Assembly: GCA_002683575.1 (NCBI GenBank)
Contig: NYTP01000134.1
Span: 1-62,301, forward strand
DNA: 62,301 bases
Origin: Bermanella sp.
GTDB taxonomy: Bacteria; Pseudomonadota; Gammaproteobacteria; Pseudomonadales; Oceanobacteraceae
Direction: 5' to 3'
Positions 37,703 through 48,800 of this stretch are shown here, piece by piece. Under the pieces are notes generated by a model. That model did not search any database, was not told the origin of the DNA, and saw only the letters and a list, made by a program, of their open reading frames with translations. The number at the start of each line of letters is the position of its first letter. The first letter of the stretch is position 1. Made by a program: the position numbers and the translations under genes.

Positions 37703-38050
37703 ATGAAAGTTAAAAATTTTACACGCCAAACAATCCGAGTAACAGCCCCGATTGGCGGCCACGTGCTACTTGTTAAATCGGGTCAAACTCGTGATGTTCC
37801 AGCGCACCTTGAAGATGCAGCTATCCGTGCTGGCTTAGTTCCGTTGGAAGATATTGAGCTGCAAGCAGAGCGCGAGGCAGCGATTCTAGCGGAAGAAAAA
37901 GCCAAAGCTGAGGCAAAGGCCAAAGAAGAAGCGAAAGCGGCTGAGGAGCAAGCAGCGGCGCTAGAAGAAGCGGCTCGCAAGGCAAAAGCAAGTGAAGCTG
38001 CAAAGAAAGCGGCTGCGACACGCGCGGCAAACAAAGCGGCTGGTAAGTAA
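37703..38050 (+). CDS. Hypothetical protein with Ala/Glu/Lys-rich tail
   Basis: 115 aa immediately after the capsid gene. Confidence 0.7.
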   Translation: MKVKNFTRQTIRVTAPIGGHVLLVKSGQTRDVPAHLEDAAIRAGLVPLEDIELQAEREAAILAEEKAKAEAKAKEEAKAAEEQAAALEEAARKAKASEAAKKAAATRAANKAAGK

Positions 38051-38065
38051 TAGAGGCATATTGTC

Positions 38066-38728
38066 ATGTTAACCGTAGGAACAATACTAACAAATCGCGT
38101 CCGTGTCCTTCTACGAGACATTGACGAAGGCGGCGTACAGTGGCGTGACCCAGAGTTGATCCAATGGTTCAACGAGGCATGTGCTGAGGTCGCGAGAGTT
38201 CGCCCAGAAGCGTGTAGCACTACAGGCTCGTTTCAGCTCCAAGCTGGCTCAAAACAGAGTGTGGCAACGCTAGGTGCGTCACGTGTGCTTGAGGTTATCT
38301 GCAACATGAAAAACGGCGAAGAAGGCCGTGCGGTTCGCCACGTCGAGCGCTCTACGTTGGATAATGAGGACCCTAATTGGATGGCGGGCAGCAAGACTGA
38401 CACCGTATTTCGATACAGTGTTAGCCTGACAGACCCACGCTCATTCTACGTGTACCCACCTGCTGACGGCACAGGTAGCTTGTTGATGGTTACTGGCACA
38501 ACGCCAAATGAGGTGGAATCGCTAACCGACCCATTCCCGCTACCGTCAATGTATGCGGCGTGTGTGGCTAACTACATTCTTCACCGTGCGTTCGCTAAGT
38601 TCACTGAGTCGGAGTCTATGCAGGCTCGGGCACAAAACTACTACAACGTGTTTGTGTCTCAGATTGGTGACACTCAAGCAAGCATGGAGAATGACAACGC
38701 CAAGACCCGTGACCCAATAGGGGCGTAA
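38066..38728 (+). CDS. Head-tail adaptor protein
   Basis: LLRD...W.DPELIQWFNEA...RPEA, FYVYPP, NYILHRAF; synteny. Confidence 0.7.
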   Translation: MLTVGTILTNRVRVLLRDIDEGGVQWRDPELIQWFNEACAEVARVRPEACSTTGSFQLQAGSKQSVATLGASRVLEVICNMKNGEEGRAVRHVERSTLDNEDPNWMAGSKTDTVFRYSVSLTDPRSFYVYPPADGTGSLLMVTGTTPNEVESLTDPFPLPSMYAACVANYILHRAFAKFTESESMQARAQNYYNVFVSQIGDTQASMENDNAKTRDPIGA

Positions 38729-38729
38729 C

Positions 38730-39344
38730 ATGGCGTACGTTCAAGAATGGGTTGATAGCATCAGAATGGACGTACCCGAGCCGCTGGATTCTACAGTGGC
38801 TCGTCAAGTTAGGTACGCCATTCAAGAGTTCTTCCGAGCTTCGGAGGCATGGCTGCATACAGAGCGTATAGCGCTTGTTGATGACAACGCGCCTCTTGAG
38901 GGCATGCCTGATGAAACGTATGTCGCTGCTACGAAGTACGCTTATTTCGAACCAGCTGACCGAGAAGGGCGCTATAAGCTCGTAAGTGAGCTACCTCATA
39001 GGTTAATGCCCGCAAGGCGCATAGGTTGCTTTGCGCACAGTGGTAACAGAATCCTGTTAGACGCATTCGAGGAAGGTACGCTTGAGGTGTCGGTTGTCGT
39101 GCAGCCCAACCGTAATATCGACAGCGTACCTGACTCACTAGGCGACAAATGGTTTGATGTAATCCGTCGTGGTGCGATTGCCCGTCTGCTTTCTATGCCT
39201 GAAAAAGAGTGGTCGAATCCGCGTGCTGCTGCAACGTATGAAGCGCATTTCCGCGAAGGTATAGCTAAGGCCAAACGTGAGGCGAGAGACGACCGAAGCA
39301 GGCCAAAGCGTTCGGTGAGATTTAATAAGAGTTTCGCATGGTAA
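38730..39344 (+). CDS. Virion connector/tail protein
   Basis: AIQEFFRASEAW, GAIARLLSMPEKEWSNP; synteny. Confidence 0.65.
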   Translation: MAYVQEWVDSIRMDVPEPLDSTVARQVRYAIQEFFRASEAWLHTERIALVDDNAPLEGMPDETYVAATKYAYFEPADREGRYKLVSELPHRLMPARRIGCFAHSGNRILLDAFEEGTLEVSVVVQPNRNIDSVPDSLGDKWFDVIRRGAIARLLSMPEKEWSNPRAAATYEAHFREGIAKAKREARDDRSRPKRSVRFNKSFAW

Positions 39345-39727
39345 CTGACCCTTTTGCAGTTGACGATATTGAATTGGTGTTCCCTACGATAGAGCCGTAT
39401 ATCGAACGGCTCTATCGTTGTTTCGGCGGATACCCAGTGGAGGAGGTTAAGCGCCTCCTTAAGATCCGAGCTGCAACACTCCACCTAGTAGGTGAGGACT
39501 CGTTTTTTATAGCCCAATGGGAAGAGGGCAAAGCGCATGTGTTGTGCGCCGCAGCAATGAGCGGCCATGTTAGTGATTGGTCGGAGATAATGACAAGTGT
39601 ATCGGCTTACCTAAAAGAGCTGGGGTGCAAGAAGTTCACGTTCACGAGCCCGCGTAAGGGCTGGTCGAAGGTGGCGGAGCAGGTCGGTTTTAATGTTGAG
39701 TCTGTAACGTATGTGAAGGAGCTTTAA
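39338..39727 (+). CDS. Hypothetical protein (GNAT-like fold possible)
   Basis: KELGCKKFTFTSPRKGWSKVAEQVGF; typical position before podovirus ejection genes. Confidence 0.55.
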   Translation: MVTDPFAVDDIELVFPTIEPYIERLYRCFGGYPVEEVKRLLKIRAATLHLVGEDSFFIAQWEEGKAHVLCAAAMSGHVSDWSEIMTSVSAYLKELGCKKFTFTSPRKGWSKVAEQVGFNVESVTYVKEL

Positions 39728-40290
39728 TGTCTAGCCCTGATAAGCCTAAAACATCAGAAGGTGAAAAATTACAGGTCGAGCTAGCGTCAAGAATGTTTGA
39801 CGAGGGTTCAAAAGTTAAAGAGGCTACACGAGATTCGTTCATGGCCTCAAATAGACGTGACAACCGCTCGCAGCTTATGGCTCGTGTGGGTGCAGAGTCT
39901 GCTAAAGTCAGCAAGGAACGTCTACAGCAGAGCCGTCGACAGGGTTCATACAAGACTGTAGATGGCGGTGTTGATGTTAAGTCTGCGGGTATCGCAGCGA
40001 CGGGTAAAGGTGGGCGTTCTTATGATGCAGAGGGCGATATTGTCCGCCGTGATACGTCAAGCACGGAGCGAGTTGCCCGTAGCATGGGGGCAGAAGGCCA
40101 TCAGCGTTCAATGAGTGACTTCGTTGAGGACAACAAGAAAAAACAAGCAGTCTTTGATTTGATTGGCGCAGGCGCGCAGGTTTACATGTACGGCACGGAT
40201 TCCGAAAAGAGTGGTAAAAGCGATAAAGGCAAAACGTCGGGGAATGACGCTAACGCAAGTGTCGCGGATATTTTAGGAGCGTTAGAATAA
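39727..40290 (+). CDS. Putative internal virion protein
   Basis: Gly/Ser-rich; synteny. Confidence 0.6.
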   Translation: MSSPDKPKTSEGEKLQVELASRMFDEGSKVKEATRDSFMASNRRDNRSQLMARVGAESAKVSKERLQQSRRQGSYKTVDGGVDVKSAGIAATGKGGRSYDAEGDIVRRDTSSTERVARSMGAEGHQRSMSDFVEDNKKKQAVFDLIGAGAQVYMYGTDSEKSGKSDKGKTSGNDANASVADILGALE

Positions 40291-40988
40291 TGGCAACAAC
40301 TACTAGCGACGCCAGCTCGAACAATACCCAATATTCTGGTTTACCTTGGAGCATGAGCAGCATATCGCAGTCGTCTACAGCTTCGGTGGTCAATAATATG
40401 ATCAACAAGGCGAAAACGGCGGCTGCTTCGGAGCTTGATTATGAGGCTGAGCTTGAGCGTATGTATCAGAACCAAATCACGGATTATGAGCAAAATACGC
40501 TACCTATCATTAACGACTTACTAGCCGAGAGTGAGAGTACATCGATTGTTGATAGGTCAAGGTCACTCAGCGAGAACTTAAATGCTAAAACAACTGAGGT
40601 AGCGAATAGACAATTGGGCTACAGCATGGGAGGTCAGCTTGCTTCGCAGCGTAATGCGATCAATCGAGGTCAAAACCGTACTGTTGCGGCTTCACGTTCG
40701 GCCACCATGACGCAGGCGTATGAGGACCAGCGCGTTAAGCAGCAGGCGGCTCGTACGCAACTTATGTCTATCAGTGAGCAGTTACAGTCATCTGGTACGG
40801 CTTCAATGTCGCAAGCATACCAAGCTAAAGAGCAGCGTGATGCGGCCTACAAAGCGGCTAAAGGTGGCTTCATGTCACAAGTTGGTGCCGTGGCCGGTGG
40901 TGTAATTGGCGGGGTATTTGGTGGCCCAGCGGGTGCGGCTGCGGGTGCGTCAATTGGTAGCGCAGCAGGCGGAATGATAGGAGGTTAA
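40290..40988 (+). CDS. Putative ejection protein with Gly-zipper C-terminus
   Basis: Gln/Ala-rich helices; GAVAGGVIGGVFGGPAGAAAGASIG. Confidence 0.7.
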   Translation: MATTTSDASSNNTQYSGLPWSMSSISQSSTASVVNNMINKAKTAAASELDYEAELERMYQNQITDYEQNTLPIINDLLAESESTSIVDRSRSLSENLNAKTTEVANRQLGYSMGGQLASQRNAINRGQNRTVAASRSATMTQAYEDQRVKQQAARTQLMSISEQLQSSGTASMSQAYQAKEQRDAAYKAAKGGFMSQVGAVAGGVIGGVFGGPAGAAAGASIGSAAGGMIGG

Positions 40989-40989
40989 A

Positions 40990-42783
40990 ATGGCAGGTTA
41001 TGGAATGCGTGATGGTTCGGCTATTATTAATGCGATAGGCCAGTATGCACAATATGCGGAAAGACGCGAAGAACGTGAGTACCAGCGTGAGCGACAAGAA
41101 CGCTTAGACGCAGAGAACATGCGACGCCAGCGACTAGCTGATGAGCGCAGTAGTGCCTTGTTTGAGCGCCAGATGAGCGAGTACGACCACAAAGAGGCTG
41201 AGCGCCAAAGAATAGCTGATGAGCGCCAGCGATTAAGGGACGCACGACAAGGCTATGTTGATGATGTTACGGCTTCAATTGACGAGCAGGAACGGGCGGA
41301 GCTGAACAGGTTTAATCGTGCGTTAACGCGCGATGGCGGCGACATAGAAGTAGCCAGCAATGGTGATGGTACGGTGTCGTTTGGTGTGCTTAAGTCTAAC
41401 GGCGAACGAGCGCCATTAACCGTAAACCCAAACGACAACACGAGTACGCCTTTGCGAGCCAAGGAGGAAGATTTAAGTCGCCTACAGGCTCACGCTGCTA
41501 AAAGTATTGAGGTCGCGGAACAAAACGGCATAGCCCCTGAGCACCATGCAGCTTATGTACGCGCGAGTTTTACTGCGGACGAGAACGGTGTTGTGCGCGA
41601 GGCTTCACGCGATGAGTTTAAGGAAAACCTCAAGCAGCAAGGTTTGCTAAATGTTGCGCAGGATAAGCAGGTTTCACCGGATGAGGATGTTCCTACTGAA
41701 GAAAACCTCAATCGTTCAGCTGCGAGGCAAGAGGCCGCGAATGAGGCTAAGCGCGAGGGCACTCGTCGTTTAGCTGGTGTTAGTGGCCGTGTTGCTGCGC
41801 TGGAAAAAGCTTTCGGTAAAAAGGCGCACGGTGACTCTGCGAGGGCATCGTTTAAGGGTGATGTTGCGAAAGTTACGCCGAGCAATAAGGTTAGCACTCC
41901 CGAGGGAGCTGAGGACTTAGCCAAGACTAAGGAAGCGATTGACCAATCAGGTGAAGCACTGCCAAAGGTGAATCGCGCCCTAGAGCCAATTGCACAGGTT
42001 GAGGACGTTGAGCAGAAGATGCAGGCCATTAAGGACAAGTATGCGGCTAAGCGCAAGCGCGCAGCTGTTGTCGGCGAGCTGTATCTAACGGGTAATATCA
42101 ACGAAAAGCAAATGCGTAACTACATGGATACGGGCGATATGCGTTTCAGTACGCATGATATTGAGAAGCACAGAGCCGATATTTATGAGGTGCAGGCGAA
42201 CGCTAACGCTAAGGTAATTAAGGCGCGTAAAGAGCTGCTTAACGCTCAAGTGGCGGCGGCAAAAGCTACAACCACCAATGTAGAGTCACAGCAAAAAGCG
42301 CTTAAAGACACACGTAAGTACCTCGGTGATGTTGGCGCGTCGGTCGCTGGTTATATTGGTAGCATTCGAGGCTACAAACCTGCGCAAATCAAAGGGCTTG
42401 AGTCACAAATTAATATCCTTGCTGACCGCTTTATGGCTAATGGCCGCTACAGTGTTGAGGCTATGAGTACGCCAGAATTTGCCGCAATGTGGTCGCATGG
42501 TATTGAGTCTTATCTTCGTGCTGAGCCAAATGCTGAGTTAACGGTGATGAGCGTTACGCCCTACATAACAGCGGTTGAGGCTAAGTATAAGCCCGAAACG
42601 GCTAATACAATCAAAGCTGTTAGCGCGTACTCAGGACTTGGCGTTAGTGAAGTCAGAGACGTTTATAACGACAGGTACAACGAGGATCGTGCGGAGTTCG
42701 AGCAAAAGGGCGGCCAGTGGAATGAAGCAGCCCAACGCGATTTCGACGAGCTATTTAAGGAAACGTACCTTTATAAAAATTAG
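40990..42783 (+). CDS. Putative ejection protein
   Basis: 597 aa, helical with R/E-rich N-terminus; synteny. Confidence 0.65.
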   Translation: MAGYGMRDGSAIINAIGQYAQYAERREEREYQRERQERLDAENMRRQRLADERSSALFERQMSEYDHKEAERQRIADERQRLRDARQGYVDDVTASIDEQERAELNRFNRALTRDGGDIEVASNGDGTVSFGVLKSNGERAPLTVNPNDNTSTPLRAKEEDLSRLQAHAAKSIEVAEQNGIAPEHHAAYVRASFTADENGVVREASRDEFKENLKQQGLLNVAQDKQVSPDEDVPTEENLNRSAARQEAANEAKREGTRRLAGVSGRVAALEKAFGKKAHGDSARASFKGDVAKVTPSNKVSTPEGAEDLAKTKEAIDQSGEALPKVNRALEPIAQVEDVEQKMQAIKDKYAAKRKRAAVVGELYLTGNINEKQMRNYMDTGDMRFSTHDIEKHRADIYEVQANANAKVIKARKELLNAQVAAAKATTTNVESQQKALKDTRKYLGDVGASVAGYIGSIRGYKPAQIKGLESQINILADRFMANGRYSVEAMSTPEFAAMWSHGIESYLRAEPNAELTVMSVTPYITAVEAKYKPETANTIKAVSAYSGLGVSEVRDVYNDRYNEDRAEFEQKGGQWNEAAQRDFDELFKETYLYKN

Positions 42784-42854
42784 TAACACTACTAAAAATC
42801 ATAGTAGTAATAATGTTAAAATCCCTATCACTTAATTGTGTTAGGGATTTTTTT
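42779..42854 (+). promoter_or_regulatory. Operator pair plus terminator-like hairpin before the giant gene
   Basis: ATTAGTAACACTACT 42779..42793, degenerate copy 42803..42817; AAAATCCCTA...TAGGGATTTTTTT 42818..42854. Confidence 0.6.
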
Positions 42855-42860
42855 ATAAGT

Positions 42861-45800
42861 ATGAGTGATTTCATAGATGAGTTGATCCGAAGGGGCGAGC
42901 GTAGAGGAGACTTTGCCAAGAACAAACCAGAGGACGCAATTGATGATGTTGAGCTACGGGATGGCGATAGTGGCGGTATCGGTGAGCCAAAAGATGCGCG
43001 TTTCGAGGGCTTTAACACTGTGGAAAAGCCGCATGATTGGCGTAATGACGACCACCCAAACGCAAGTGACGCGCAGGCCGTAACGCAGGGTGTGCTTGAT
43101 GAAGGTGGCTACGTTGTAAAAGGCAATGAACGAGGACGGTACAAGCGCCCACTGTCACGTATGTATGATAAGAATGGCAATGACATTGCGTCGCGCATGG
43201 TTGAGTCGGGTGCGGCTGCACCAGATAGAAGTGTCGATGCCACGCAGGCTGAAATGCTTGGCATTGCCCGTCGAGCGTTGGGCTATGCTCCGTCAAGTGA
43301 CGAGAAGATGAACGCAGTAGGCCAGAAAATCCGTGAGAGCAACGATGAGTTCAGGCCGTGGGAAAATGCGGTTTTAGAGTCTAAAGTGTACGACCGACGC
43401 TCAACGTTTGAACGTGCATTTGACCGTGGTACTGATGAAACAAAAGCGGCGCTAGGTGGCGCGCTTAACTATATCGGTGAAATGGTCGGCAATGAGGAAT
43501 GGGCTGCCGAGGGTCGGGAGATTGCGCGTAGGCACGGTGTTGATGCGGCTCTTAATAAGCGTAAATTCGAGTCTGTAGACAAGGTTGAGGGCTTTAGTGA
43601 TGCTTTAGACTATGTGGTCGAAACTCTAGGCGAGGCCGCCCCTGGTCTTATAGTCGATGCGTTAGCTACTGCGGGCACTGTGGCAGTCGGTGCAGTGTCA
43701 GGTGGTGCAGGTGCTGCTGCGGGTGTCGGGCTAATGGGGGCTATGCGAGCTACCGCTGGTCGAGCGCTCATGAAAGGTGCGAAAGCTGGCCTATACGCTG
43801 GCCCCGCGTTATCTGGGTTCGTACAGTCTGCGGGTGCTATGGAGAACCGTTTGGACAGCACAGGTGAGGGTGAGCACACAGAGGCCGCGACGCTATCGGG
43901 TGCTGCTGGCGCTGCGCTAAATGCACTGCCTTTCGTTGCTGTGCTTGGTAAATCGCTCAAAGCTACTGGCCTGTCTGATGAGGCTGCAAAACCAGTGATG
44001 GATGCGCTATCGAAGCCGTCTGTTACCAAGCGTTTAAAAGATGTTTTAGGCACTACGGCAATCGGTGCTGCGGCGGAGGGCATTACTGAAACGGCGCAAG
44101 TTATAACTGATGAGATTATCGCCACAGAGGTAGGTGATGATGAGTGGAGACTAGAAACGCGCGACGCTGTTGAAGCGGGTATCCGAGCTGTTATCGGCGG
44201 TGGTGCTATGGGTGGTATCGCATCTACAGCGGGTAATGCTGTTGGCTTTATGCGCGAGTACAACCAAGCTCGTCAGGGAGCAGATGCAGAGGGCGAACAA
44301 ATAAATGCTGATGGCTGGAGGGCTGACACTGTTGAGGAAGTAGAGGACGACGGTGTTCCATTTTCGAGTGACGACTCGCTTGAGCAGAGTGTTGAGCGAG
44401 CAGCTAAAAAGCGCCCTAAAAGCAAACCGAACGCCAAGGTAGAAACAGATGATACGGGAGTCGTAGGCCAAGGCCAATTTGATTCGCTAACTACCCGTGA
44501 TGTGCCAAACCTAAGCAGTGACCGCTACGATGAGCTACGCGAAATACTTGAGCCAAAAGGTAAGCCGCTTAATGAGTCTCAGGTAGGAGCGCTTATTGAT
44601 AACGGCACACTAACAAATGAGGAATTAGCGCGCTACGCCGCTGATAGTCACTATGGCGCAAGCACTCCGCTAAGTGGCGGGTATGACAAGGCTCGTGGTG
44701 ATGAGGCACTTGCCCGTGTCTTTAAGCAAGTAGTTCGTCTGTCTCGTGATGGTAAACTCAAGCTGACTGAGCAAGAACGCAACCGTTTAACAGAGGCTGA
44801 GGAAGAAAGCACGGATACCGCGTTAAGAGCGGCGTTAGGGTCTATCAACCCAGAATTCAATAACATTGTGTATCGCAATGCTAACCAATTCGATGGTCGC
44901 GCTATGTTTCGTGACTACAGCAAAATCAAACGCGACCGAATAAAGAACCGTGAACGTATCAAGAAAGAAGCGCAAGTCGAGAAGTCAATTGAGAACGCGC
45001 CGACTGTTAAGATTCCAGAAGGTGAAGCGCCTAAAGAAAAGCCAAAAGGTGTCGTAAAAAGCGCCCCAGATTGGATCAAAGAAGGCCGCAAGCCAAGCAA
45101 AGAAGAAATCGACGAAGCAATGGCTATGCTGGATAACGCGAAGGACAAGCTTAAAGTCCGCATCAGAAATGTTATTCAGGGCAAAGGCAAGAATACACAG
45201 GCCGCTAGAGATATATTCGCTGTCGAGGTGGCTAAGAATGCAAAACAACTAGCCGAGGTAGGCCAACACTATGACTTCGAGTCATCAGGTTCGCTTGAGG
45301 CCGACAAGCTTACTCTACTGAACAAGATTGTTGATAGCAGCATTGAAGGTACTAAGCCAGATAAACCCAAGGCGAAGGAGAAAGCGCAGAAGCCGACCAC
45401 CACTGAGGGCAAGGTTGAGTATCTTAAGCAAGAGCTTGGAACACGTACGGCCAGTGATGGTGATATGGGTAAATTGCTGGAATCGCATGACCAGTACCGT
45501 AAGTTCGTTAAAGATGGTGACGCGGTTGATCCGTCTAAATTGTCCGATACTGCGCGTAACACATTAAAACAGCGCGCTAAGTTCGCTGATAATAAAGATA
45601 TAGTTAAGCAAATCGATGAGCTACAGGCGCGTGTTGATAAGTTCGAGTTCATTCAGTCGTTCCGCAAGGCGGTGGATTCTATGTACGAGGAGACCGCAGC
45701 AACGAAGTCTCAACGTGAAATGGGTGAGCGTACAGACCAGCAAGTCGCGTACAGTGAGCGTGATGAGAACGGTGATGAGCGAAACGTTGGTGATGTTCAG

Positions 45801-48800
45801 AGTGTTGTGGACACCGGCGATAATGACCTAGAGGTTGCGGCCAACTACACCCGCAGAACGCAAATGGCCGAGCGTGTCTATAAAGAGCTAAAGAAAATCA
45901 AGGGTATGAATAACGCGGCTCTTGTTAAGTTCATGCGCGAAACTGTAAAACCTACAGAGCGCGAAGCAGCCCTCGGAGACCGCCTGCCTAAGCGAACCCG
46001 CAAGCGCAAGGCTATTGATAACCAGAAAACGACCAAGGACAACCAGTTTGACCAGTTCGATACGAACAAACCATTGTTCACCTATGGCGACCAAGAAAAA
46101 CGCCCAGATACTCGCCACTTGTCGAAAGGCACGGTTAACCGACTCAAAGAGCACTTGGAGAACGATGATTTAGAAGCGTTTGGCAAGCTGTTAGAAAAGA
46201 CAGGGATTATGCCCAAAGAGGCGACAATTGGTGAAGTGAAAATGACACCTAGTGAGCGCCTAGCTTCGGCGGCGCGTAATTCGTTCGCGAACAACAAGCT
46301 ATACAGGTCAGCTCGCGCACGTTCAGGTGAGAAGCGAAGTGATCGCGGCCTTATGGTACGTGACAATGAATCGGGTAAACCACTTAATGTTGACTTGGAC
46401 GCTGTTACTCGATGGGCATTGCGTGAGGACAAAATTGACCTTAATGACGGCGACATAAATCTCAACGAAGAGCTTGCTACTGCGGTGCTAAGTGGTATTT
46501 CAGCGTTGGCCGACCTGCGCCTTGATGATGGCCGCCCAATGTTTAGCTTTAACCTAGATACTATTCGTGATAGCGCTGTAGTGTACCGTGTTGATGGCGA
46601 TAAACTGGCATCTGTGACTATGGGGTCTATCCGCAACGGCCTCAACTACAAAGGCAAAAAGCGCAGTACGAAAGTTGATGTTGTCCAGCCTAAGCATGTG
46701 GACAGAGATAAGCGCTCTCTGCTGCGTAGAATAGGCATTAAGCTGTCAGATAAGCCAGACTTCAATACGATCATTGCAGTGGCTGAGAACGCCGTAGCGG
46801 TGGGTGATTTACTGCCTAAAGAGCTGGTTTCTCTTACTTCGTCGATTGAGCACAACTTGAGGTCTAGCCGAACGCTGTCGGACTTAATGCCAGAAGATAT
46901 AGGCAACGTGTACCGTGATGAAGTGTCCTATGACGATATTGCTTCATTGGTCTCAAAGGCTGTGAACGAGGGTAAAATCACTGAGGAACGCGGTGATGAG
47001 ATACTACTCGATGCCAAAAATAGGGTGTTTGATAAGGACTTTGAGCAAGCGGCCAAAGAAGGTGGGGAGCTAACTATCGACACGGCGCGTGTTGATGATG
47101 AGATAGCGAACCGCGATGAAGTCTCTACGGCGAACAATACGCGAGGCGTGTTACGTAAGACCAAGCGCAAGGACAAAAGTGGTGGCGGAGCGCAAACGGC
47201 TATTAGAAGGTCACTTGAACAAAGTGTAGAGTCGGCAAAAGCAGATTACCAACTTGCCGTAAGGAGACCTGATAGAGTTTCAGCAGACGGTGTTGATGTT
47301 AAGGCGAAACTAGTAGCGGAGGCCAAACGTAAATTAGAGGTGGCTGAGTTAGCGCTTAAAAGCTACAAGGATACAGAAGTTGGAGAAGGCACGGACTTGA
47401 GCAAAGGCCGCAAAATTCAGCTAAACCGCAAGCTAAAGAAAGTGGTTAAGCGCAATCGTGGCCTGGCTAGAAAGTCTATGTTCCGTTTCTTTGAAATGAC
47501 GCGCACACGTCTAGCTCGCATTCACCCAGATGCTGCGGCGAGGGCGGACAGGTTCACTGCACTACAACGAAATGCTACGGAGTATTTCGCGTCACGTATT
47601 GGCAAGGAGGTAGGAGACAATAAGGCGATTCAGAAGGGCTACGAGGACTCTATTAACAAGGTTAAAAGTCCCGAGCGTGAGAAGTACGAGGCTTTCATAG
47701 CACAGCTAAATGCGTACGTTAGAAAGCATGATAAAAACTTCAAGCCTGTAGCATCTAAGGTCCACCTAGACTTGCATGCTGTTGAACGAAACAGAGGAGG
47801 TTTCTTGTCCATACTTCGTGAGGCGGGAGTTAAGAACCCAGAGGCCACGCTTGACTCAATACTGGACGGTCGAGGATACCCAGAGTACGCAATTAGACCG
47901 GAGCTTAGCAATCAACCAAGGTCGGGGCGTAGGGTGCTAGAGCCACTTTACGAGAAGCTAAAGGAAGGTGGCTACGTGGATACAGACGCACCGAGACACT
48001 TACTCCGCCTTGTTAACTCGTCAACTAGCTGGGCTGCATGGAATGAGACGCATGGCGGCGTTAAAAACGGTAAGTGGGATTCTAATGCAGAGTTCAATCG
48101 CATACAGAGCGAGGTGCATACGGGCAATCGTCAGGAGTTCGCTAAGTTGTATCAGGGCGTTACGGGGCGTTTAGGCATGAACATGTCGCCTATACTACGT
48201 AACCTTAACTCTGCTGCTTTAGCTTTTCAGTCGGCTACGGTGCTGTGGTTCACTGGCCTAGCGAGTGTGCCGGAGGTAGCGGCAACATACTCTCGTATGC
48301 GCGGCGATACTAAAGGAATGCTGGACGACGCCAAGAGCGTTTTAACAGGGGTAGGGCGAGAGAAAATGTTTAAGGTCGCTCGCGATTTTGACATTATCAC
48401 CGATGACGCTATCGAGCACTCGCTACAAGAAATGTACAACATGAACGACTTAACTATGGGTCGTATCTCACAAGGTATCCAAGCCTTTGTGTTCAAGTAC
48501 AACGGCCAAAACTATGTGACCAAAATGACACGTGCAATAGCGACTAAGGCGGCTGAACGCTACCTTGTTCGTGCCGTGGAAGATGGGGCTGATGGGGAGA
48601 AGCGCTTAAAAGAGCTAGGCGTAACTGCGGCAGACGTTAAAGCATTCGCATCGGACGCAGACTTAACAAGCCCAGCTGGTAAACGTTATCGTGATGCGGT
48701 TCACCAGTTCGTTAATGAGGCCGTGACTAACCCACGTTCTACGCAGCTACCGCTTGTGGCAAATGATCCGCGTTTCTTACTCGTGACTACCCTTAAAAAG

